Of a stretch of 64,000 nt of DNA, positions 58,272 to 64,000 are shown in pieces. The notes beneath the pieces are model-generated. The model did not search any database, was not told the DNA's origin, and saw only the letters and a program-made list of their open reading frames with translations. The stretch spans positions 298,019 to 362,018 of the IMG/VR virus record IMGVR_UViG_3300042502_001233. The stretch is one strand, 5' to 3'. The position numbers and the translations under genes are program-made. Positions within the stretch are counted from its first letter, which is position 1. Each line of letters begins with the position of its first letter.

Positions 58272-58330
58272 AGGGTGGTGTATCGGTTTCAAATTAAAAG
58301 TTTGATGATAAAGATTGCTGAAACCACCCT
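58272..58330 (-). ncRNA. mini RNA: CAGCAA stem carrying an isolated Lys(TTT) anticodon stem-loop
   Basis: AGGGTGG-TTTCAGCAA...TCAAA-CTTTTAA-TTTGA...CCACCCT. Confidence 0.6.
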
Positions 58331-58334
58331 TTAG

Positions 58335-58406
58335 TTGGAATGTAGGGACTCGAACCCTAAAAATGACGGTCAAAGTGTCATATGTTGCCAATTACATCAC
58401 ATTCCA
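58335..58406 (-). tRNA. tRNA-Gln(TTG)
   Basis: TGGAATG acceptor; loop CTTTGAC. Confidence 0.85.
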
Positions 58407-58417
58407 GTATAATATTG

Positions 58418-58488
58418 TTGTCCTACAAGGATTCGAACCTTGAATGACTGGCTCAAAACCAGTAGTGTTACCGTTACACTATAGGACA
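58418..58488 (-). tRNA. tRNA-Gln(TTG)
   Basis: ACTGG-TTTTGAG-CCAGT. Confidence 0.92.
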
Positions 58489-58661
58489 ATAACTCTAATT
58501 CTATGCTCGTCCTCACGCAACTCTATAAATTAGTAACAGTCTTATCTACAACGTCAGTAGGACTTAAAAGGAACCACTCATTTATATCCTTTCTATCAAC
58601 GGGGAATCACTCCCATGCTTGGCGTAATCCATACATCACTGCATGTCTATCCTACTTATTG

Positions 58662-58735
58662 AGCGATTATTCGGATTCGAACCGAAACCAGAGACTTGGA
58701 AGGCCCCTGTGCTAGCCGTTAAACACCATAATCGC
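58662..58735 (-). tRNA. tRNA-Gly(TCC)
   Basis: GGGGC-CTTCCAA-GTCTC. Confidence 0.92.
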
Positions 58736-58786
58736 AATTTTCTAATTTATTTATTTCATCTAAAACATAGTTTATATATTATTTTG

Positions 58787-58859
58787 TGCTCCCGAAGGGC
58801 CTCGAACCCTTTACCCCTCCGTTAAAAGCGGAGTGCCCGTCCACATGAGCTTCGAAAGC
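58787..58859 (-). tRNA. tRNA-Lys(TTT)
   Basis: CTCCG-CTTTTAA-CGGAG. Confidence 0.85.
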
Positions 58860-58883
58860 AATTATCCATTTCTGGATTTTTAG

Positions 58884-58957
58884 TACCCCCGAAGAGACTC
58901 GAACTCTTGACTCCCCGCTTAAAAGGCGGGTGCTCTAACCAACTGAGCTACGAGGGT
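58884..58957 (-). tRNA. tRNA-Lys(TTT)
   Basis: CCCGC-CTTTTAA-GCGGG. Confidence 0.95.
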
Positions 58958-59045
58958 ATATTACACTCATAACCAATTGGTCTGAGTGACTTAACGTTTA
59001 CGCTTTATGTTCTTTATATTTTTCATTTGTTTTATTGTTGTTTTT

Positions 59046-59121
59046 GGCCTCCCAGAAGGATTCGAACCTTCCATCCATAAGCCCCCAATGGGCTGCGCTT
59101 TTCCTACTAAGCTATGGGACG
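59046..59121 (-). tRNA. atypical tRNA/pseudo-tRNA, anticodon ambiguous (TGG or TTG)
   Basis: D and T arms intact; AGCCC-ATTGG-GGGCT anticodon arm is non-canonical. Confidence 0.5.
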
Positions 59122-59127
59122 CATATT

Positions 59128-59475
59128 TTATTTTTGTCTTTCTTTTAATTCTTCAACCGTTAAATTATAACGATGTAATATTCTATGATGATTCGCACAA
59201 AGGCAAACACATTTTTCAATTTCATTTATAATTTTAACATTAGACCATTTATGGTTACATACAGCGGCTATTGTAAATTCTTTATCATCTTTGTCTATGT
59301 GATGAAAATCTATACAAGCTTTATCCGCTTCCCCACAAACTAAACAAGGTTTTTTTAAGGTTTCTACTAAATCTCTAATTTCTTGTCTTCTTTGTCTTTG
59401 TTTTAAATTATGAATTTCTTTATTGTTTTTAAATTCATTTTGTTTCCATTCTTTTTGTTTTTCTGTCTGTGCCAT
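59128..59475 (-). CDS. small HNH endonuclease
   Basis: CLVCG...DFHH...KCVCLCANHHR. Confidence 0.88.
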   Translation of the reverse strand: MAQTEKQKEWKQNEFKNNKEIHNLKQRQRRQEIRDLVETLKKPCLVCGEADKACIDFHHIDKDDKEFTIAAVCNHKWSNVKIINEIEKCVCLCANHHRILHRYNLTVEELKERQK

Positions 59476-59598
59476 ATTTTCTTTTTATTATAAATATGTT
59501 CAAGTCATACAAAAAGACTAGAATTTATCAAATTATTAGCCATTATTTTCATAATGTTTCCAGTAACCGCTGCGTGGAAGCTATTTGATATGGTTACT

Positions 59599-59687
59599 TC
59601 TAAGTGATGGGACTCGAACCCACATGATGCTTTTTACACAATTCTCGTTTCCAAAACGAGTCGGCTTCCAATTGCCTTCACACCTAG
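59599..59687 (-). tRNA. tRNA-Pro(TGG) with long variable arm
   Basis: CTAGGTG/CACTTAG acceptor; CTCGT-TTTGGAA-ACGAG; T arm GTGGG-TTCGAGT-CCCAT. Confidence 0.7.
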
Positions 59688-59701
59688 TTATTTTGTTGCA
59701 T

Positions 59702-59737
59702 AAAAAAACCCAGTTTAGATTGCTCTGAACTGGGTCT
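59702..59737 (-). terminator. intrinsic terminator (candidate attenuator) in front of the tRNA cluster
   Basis: ACCCAGTTCAGA-GCAA-TCTAAACTGGGT followed by a T run. Confidence 0.9.
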
Positions 59738-59760
59738 ATAATCTGTACTTACGTACTTTA

Positions 59761-59862
59761 TTATATTGTTGTCAAATCTAACAACTTGACATACCCAGTC
59801 ACCTTGAACGGTTTCCCGCCTTTAGGTTGATATTGCGTTTGATATGTGGTTGTTGTTGTCAT
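59761..59862 (-). CDS. candidate attenuator leader peptide MTTTTTYQTQYQPKGGKPFKVTGYVKLLDLTTI
   Basis: Read manually; A-rich initiation region; lies between promoter and terminator; codons 2-18 only Thr/Tyr/Gln/Pro/Lys/Gly. Confidence 0.8.
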   Translation of the reverse strand: MTTTTTYQTQYQPKGGKPFKVTGYVKLLDLTTI

Positions 59863-59926
59863 TGTTTTTTATTTAATTTGTTTGTTTGTTTTCTTGTGGA
59901 TTTCTCCGTTGATTAATAAATATGTG

Positions 59927-59958
59927 CAAATATACGAAAAGATATTATACTAGTCAAG
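59927..59958 (-). promoter_or_regulatory. Bacteroidota-type promoter of the tRNA operon
   Basis: TATATTTG (-7 box, 59927-59934) with CTTGAC about 20 bp upstream. Confidence 0.7.
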
Positions 59959-59992
59959 TTTTTTTGCAACTTTTTTTAAATTATTTTCTAAC

Positions 59993-60496
59993 TTATTGAT
60001 TTTCAGAGCTTTCGTCTCTACGTTTTATTTCGTCTCTTAGAGTTGCCGCTAGTTCATAGTCTTCTTTTGTCACAGCTTCTTCTAATAATTCTTCTAATGG
60101 TCTGCTTACTTTTGGTTTATTAAACAATTCATTAATCCTATCCGAACGTTTAGTATTTTTTATTTTATCAAGTTCTTCTTTGAAAAACTTTGGTTCATCG
60201 TGTTCATCTCTAAATGGAACATCAGACATTACTTTTTTAACTACTCTACCCATTTTGGTAATCCAAATTTGTTTTTTGTAGAAGAAACCATCTTCTTCAT
60301 AATAATCCACAAAATCTGGTTCACCAAGAGTGTTATCAATATTTTTGATAGACTCAATATCTGGGTTGTTAGATTTTGATTGTGATAAAATGTTCAATAA
60401 TCTAGTCATTTTATCAGCATCGCTATTTTTTTTAGGTTTTTCATTAGAACCTTCTTCAAAAAACTCGTTGAATAGGTCATTAAATTTGTTACTCAT
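59993..60496 (-). CDS. hypothetical protein with C-terminal UVR (UvrB/C) motif
   Basis: LEELLEEAVTKEDYELAATLRDEIK. Confidence 0.78.
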   Translation of the reverse strand: MSNKFNDLFNEFFEEGSNEKPKKNSDADKMTRLLNILSQSKSNNPDIESIKNIDNTLGEPDFVDYYEEDGFFYKKQIWITKMGRVVKKVMSDVPFRDEHDEPKFFKEELDKIKNTKRSDRINELFNKPKVSRPLEELLEEAVTKEDYELAATLRDEIKRRDESSENQ

Positions 60497-60497
60497 A

Positions 60498-60932
60498 TTA
60501 CTTTAATTTTTTTGCTATTTTATGTTTTGTTTTTTTGGTATGGTGTATAATTAATCTAATAAATGGTATATCAGAGAAATAAACATACATACCAAAAAAT
60601 GTTGTCGCTAACCCGTACATAATACACATGGTAAACCAATAGTCATTAGTTATTTGTAATACCCCATATACTATCCAATCGTATCCTAACGGGTTAAAAA
60701 ATAACCCTAACGTTACCAAAAGATTTCCTAACCCTATTTTACCGTTTTTAAAGAAAAAGTAAGACAAAGATAACAATAGGAACGCCAACCCATATAGAAC
60801 GTACATTGTACTCCAATAGTCGTTGGTTAATTGTGTCAGCTTGAACACCAAAATATCGAACCCAAACGGGTTTAGAAAAGTGCCGATGGCTAAACAAACT
60901 GTCGCTATCTTCTTCCTTGTTATCTGAATCAC
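60498..60932 (-). CDS. membrane protein with internal duplication
   Basis: GTFLNPFGFD..LTNDYW / GLFFNPLGYD..ITNDYW. Confidence 0.75.
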   Translation of the reverse strand: MIQITRKKIATVCLAIGTFLNPFGFDILVFKLTQLTNDYWSTMYVLYGLAFLLLSLSYFFFKNGKIGLGNLLVTLGLFFNPLGYDWIVYGVLQITNDYWFTMCIMYGLATTFFGMYVYFSDIPFIRLIIHHTKKTKHKIAKKLK

Positions 60933-61380
60933 TATTTCCCATATTTAAAATTAATAAACATTATTTATTAATAAATATCATTAAAAATTTATTATTTTAC
61001 ACAAATATACTGATTTCAGTATATTTGTCAAGTTATTAAACAACACCATTTAGGTGTTATCATATTTTTAAATACGAAAATAGGTGTTTTCGTGTTTATC
61101 CTTGTCTAGTGTTTTCCAAAAACCTATTTTGTATAAGAATACATGATAGAGAAAATAAAATAGTAAAACCGACAATTCTCTATCTAATGTGGACAAAAAG
61201 TCAAATATTTTTTCTAACATTACCATTATTTATTAAAATCAATTACTATACCATTTCGATTATTTTTTTGGGCTACTGGTTTATTCTCAGAACTTTCATC
61301 ACTGACAATAAATAAATCTTTTAATCCCATTTTGTTATAAAGTTTTTAATGTTGGTACAAAGGTATGAATAAAATTTCAA

Positions 61381-61872
61381 TTATGCAAATTTTTCTGGTA
61401 TTTTTTCTATGTGTCTTGTTAAAATAATGTAAGAACACCATGCAAGGTCTATTGTTTGCTCAAAGAACCCTTCATCAATTCTGTAGTGTGACCTATCACA
61501 ATCCCACAACGCATCTTTTATACCTTGAGTAAATTGTTTCATGTTGGTAGGTACAACTCTAGGTACTGGCACTTTGATAGTTTCTGGAAGATACTTCTCT
61601 TCTAATTTATGGTACCATTTACGGTTTTCATAAAAAATCTTAGTTCTAGCTTCTTCTTTAGCTACTCTATCTGGGTCTTTACTACTTATATATAAAGGAC
61701 CATATTTACTATTTAATTCATTCCACTCAGCTGTTTCTTCTGGTGAAACATCAATTATAGTTCTAGTCAACAACATATCAGTACTCAACGTTGGTAAATG
61801 ACATGCAACTATGTATTCACCGACATACATGCCTAACTGATAATTCAAAGGAAGTCTTTTTCTTTTTCTCAT
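61381..61872 (-). CDS. hypothetical protein
   Basis: Start chosen at MRKRKRL behind a TACCTTTG box. Confidence 0.65.
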   Translation of the reverse strand: MRKRKRLPLNYQLGMYVGEYIVACHLPTLSTDMLLTRTIIDVSPEETAEWNELNSKYGPLYISSKDPDRVAKEEARTKIFYENRKWYHKLEEKYLPETIKVPVPRVVPTNMKQFTQGIKDALWDCDRSHYRIDEGFFEQTIDLAWCSYIILTRHIEKIPEKFA

Positions 61873-62214
61873 ATGACAAAGGTACAAATAAAAAATGACA
61901 CTACCAAATGATAATGCCATTTTTTTTGAAGGAAGCACTGCTTTACGGTAAATTACCAACCTAATTTTTGGGTCGACTGGAGTTAACAATCGGACTGTCC
62001 ACCAGCTTATTTTTTATAAAACAAGCAAAAACCTAGAAGAACAGTGACTCAAGGGAATACTCATACCTCGGCTCTAGAAACCTTTCATTTAGTTTCGCCC
62101 CCTGTATAGATAGTTTATACTCTATCAGATACCCGTGGTCAGCCACAGCTCTTTTTCTACATATCCCAATTGTGGGAAAGGGAGCCACCTCTAAACTACT
62201 TGAGTTTGTTCTCG

Positions 62215-62400
62215 TATGGTGAGTAGGATTCGAACCTACTAGGTAAGGGTTCCTTCATTGGCTGTTAAGCACCTTCATGAGGCTCAGTTTCGCCACCCTC
62301 TGCACAAACCACGACTTACTTTCCCATTTACCTTAACTGATGTTGAGACGTGCGTTCGTTTACCTTATTGTCTTTTAGCGTTCCCAGACGCATTCACCAT
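62215..62400 (-). ncRNA. expanded tRNA-like RNA (about 185 nt)
   Basis: ATGGTGA/TCACCAT closing stem next to T arm GTAGG-TTCGAAT-CCTAC. Confidence 0.45.
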
Positions 62401-62411
62401 ATGTGAGTGAC

Positions 62412-62538
62412 AAGATTGCGTTTTAATAGTGCTACCCATTACACCACACGCCCAACACCTCTATTAGGACATGCTGGGACTCGAACCCAGACCTTCTCGA
62501 TTTCAAAGCGAATTGTACAAATTTGCTGAAACAATCTT
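62412..62538 (-). ncRNA. circularly permuted tRNA-like RNA with CAGCAA stem (Y-RNA-like)
   Basis: AAGATTG-TTTCAGCAA, anticodon arm, T arm, CATGTCC-loop-GGGCGTG, D arm, CAATCTT. Confidence 0.75.
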
Positions 62539-62731
62539 TTTTCACTCTATTAAGGCTAGAGGAACCTTTTATTTTTGGCTTTCACCATAATGTCATGATA
62601 ATGTTGGAAAACCCATCCTTCTTCCAATCCTTGGTGCTTCTTAAGTTTTACGTAGCCACGGCACGGGTGTTACACTGCGAGTCCGCTGTTGAAATTGTCG
62701 ACATCTCAACAGTAAGTGTCATTATCATTAG

Positions 62732-62846
62732 TACAAGAGATTGGATTCGAACCAATGCCACTCCCACGTCTCGCATCCAATCTAAAAGGGAATCGAACCC
62801 TACGCACGGTTACAGGGGGAGTGCTCTTCCGCTAAGCTACTCTTAT
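62732..62846 (-). ncRNA. tRNA-like RNA with about 45-nt insert, including a second T arm, in the anticodon loop
   Basis: ATAAGAG/CTCTTGT acceptor, D arm, ACTCCC/GGGAGT stem, insert AGGG-TTCGATT-CCCT. Confidence 0.6.
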
Positions 62847-62998
62847 ATTTGAGGCTGAGGCCTCTGTGTTGTAGTGACTACAAAGTCTATCCACTCTTCT
62901 ACCTACATCTCTACTACCACTCCGATATAGGGTGGGATGGTTCGGTCTCCTTATTTAGCATTCCTTTCTCAAGGGAACAACACAATATTTTAGACAAC

Positions 62999-63126
62999 AA
63001 GATTACTTTTTTTCTTTTACGTGCTCTAACCAACTGAGCTACCGACCCACTAGGAGCCGAGTGGGACTCGAACCCACGACCACGAGCTTAACAGGCTATA
63101 GATAGTTTTGTTGCTGAAATAATCTT
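62999..63126 (-). ncRNA. circularly permuted tRNA-Asn(GTT)-like RNA with CAGCAA stem (Y-RNA-like)
   Basis: AAGATTA-TTTCAGCAA, AGC-CTGTTAA-GCT, T arm, TCGGCTC-CTAGT-GGGTCGG, GCTC-AGTTGGTTA-GAGC, TAATCTT. Confidence 0.8.
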
Positions 63127-63216
63127 TCTATGTCTAGTAATAACTCACGCAATTTCTCACGTGAATTATCGACCCCTTTTGTTATACTCTTGAGGGCACT
63201 CTGAGTTAGTTGGTGA

Positions 63217-63849
63217 TTACTTTCCTTGACCAGAAACGTTAATCGAACCTACAGAACCAGCTTTAGCTCTTTCGATACCAGCTGCTCTTTCAGCATCCAA
63301 CTGTAAGTACAATTTCGTAACTTGTTCTTCTAAGAACTTGTTTTGTGTCGCTAATGTACCAATTTTTGCTGCATTTTCCGCTGCGATAGCTTTGTTTTCT
63401 GAGTGAATCAACTTGATTTCGTTCTCGTATTGAGATTTCAATGTTGATGCAACAGTAGCAACTTCACGTTTTACTTGAGCCTCAGTGTTAGTTCTAGCTT
63501 CTTCTAAGTCACTTTTCAATGCGCTTAACTCGCTAGCAGAAACTGCTACTTTGTTTACGCTTGATAAGTACTCGTTAACTACACGGTCAGTGTTAGCTTT
63601 GAAGCTTAAGTCTAAATCAACTTTTAATTGACGTTCTTTTTCAGTGAACTCTACTTCCAAAGCTTTGATAGCTTCTTCTTTGTTCGCTACAAGTAACGTT
63701 AATTCTTCTGCTTTAGAAGTTAATTGATTTACACTTGCAGTTGCGTTGTTTAACTCAGCTACTGCTTTCGTGATTTGTTGTGCGGCTTGTCCTAAGACGA
63801 TTTCAGTGCTCACACTTGCTTTCTTTGCGGTTGTTGTTTTTCCAGCCAT
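63217..63849 (-). CDS. coiled-coil hypothetical protein
   Basis: 210 aa, Ala/Glu/Lys-rich heptad pattern. Confidence 0.8.
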   Translation of the reverse strand: MAGKTTTAKKASVSTEIVLGQAAQQITKAVAELNNATASVNQLTSKAEELTLLVANKEEAIKALEVEFTEKERQLKVDLDLSFKANTDRVVNEYLSSVNKVAVSASELSALKSDLEEARTNTEAQVKREVATVASTLKSQYENEIKLIHSENKAIAAENAAKIGTLATQNKFLEEQVTKLYLQLDAERAAGIERAKAGSVGSINVSGQGK

Positions 63850-64000
63850 TTGATTGTTTTTGTTTGTTTGTTATGTTATGTTATGATAATTAATCCATTT
63901 TTATAATACAAAGATACTAACTTTTAAGTCAAAAGTCAAGTAAAAATTCGTATTTTTAACAACTTTTTTTGCTGTATAAACAACTGATTGTCAATAAGTT

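Noticed and set aside
58131-58391. 86-aa minus-strand ORF in the tRNA cluster
   Set aside because: It overlaps tRNA-Gln, the CAGCAA element and tRNA-Tyr on the same strand.
111-63037. Most plus-strand ORFs in the track, and short minus-strand ORFs nested in longer genes
   Set aside because: They are antisense or frame shadows of well-supported minus-strand genes or RNAs; only 14790, 14941, 16470 and 54081 have independent support.
1-64000. Stop-codon reassignment as in some large phages
   Set aside because: Recognisable genes are full length in code 11, TAG and TGA end genes at sensible positions, and no suppressor tRNA was seen.
1-64000. Bacterial chromosome origin
   Set aside because: Housekeeping-like genes are isolated from their usual operons and mixed with many homing endonucleases and phage-type hypotheticals. 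No core virion genes are in the window, so phage origin remains an inference.

Overview
AT-rich, almost entirely minus-strand segment of what is most likely a large (jumbo/huge) phage of a Bacteroidota host. Evidence: many Bacteroidota-type TAnnTTTG promoter boxes, a Bacteroidota-type sigma70, many free-standing homing endonucleases, a group I intron, tRNA clusters, and no intact bacterial operons. Contents: (i) translation/RNA-maintenance genes (SmpB, RNase R, IF3, Thg1-like, RNA-repair HADs, tRNA-binding protein, YqeY) and a compact RNase P RNA; (ii) an NAD+/ADP-ribose block (Prs-like, Sir2, macro, NADAR, intron-split NAMPT, NMNAT-Nudix); (iii) a compact CRISPR-Cas locus (cas3, cas7, cas5, cas6; no cas8/cas1/cas2) whose Cas7/Cas5 look type I-F2 (I-Fv)-like but whose array has type II-C/VI-B-like 36-bp repeats and 30-bp spacers, decaying away from the leader; (iv) a Thr/Tyr/Gln/Pro/Lys/Gly tRNA cluster preceded by an unannotated leader peptide whose codons 2-18 use only those six amino acids, plus a terminator/antiterminator switch, i.e. 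a candidate tRNA-depletion-sensing attenuator; (v) a family of tRNA-derived RNAs, two circularly permuted, sharing a stem plus CAGCAA motif (Y-RNA-like). All protein and RNA family calls are by eye from motifs; no searches were run, so novelty is unverified.
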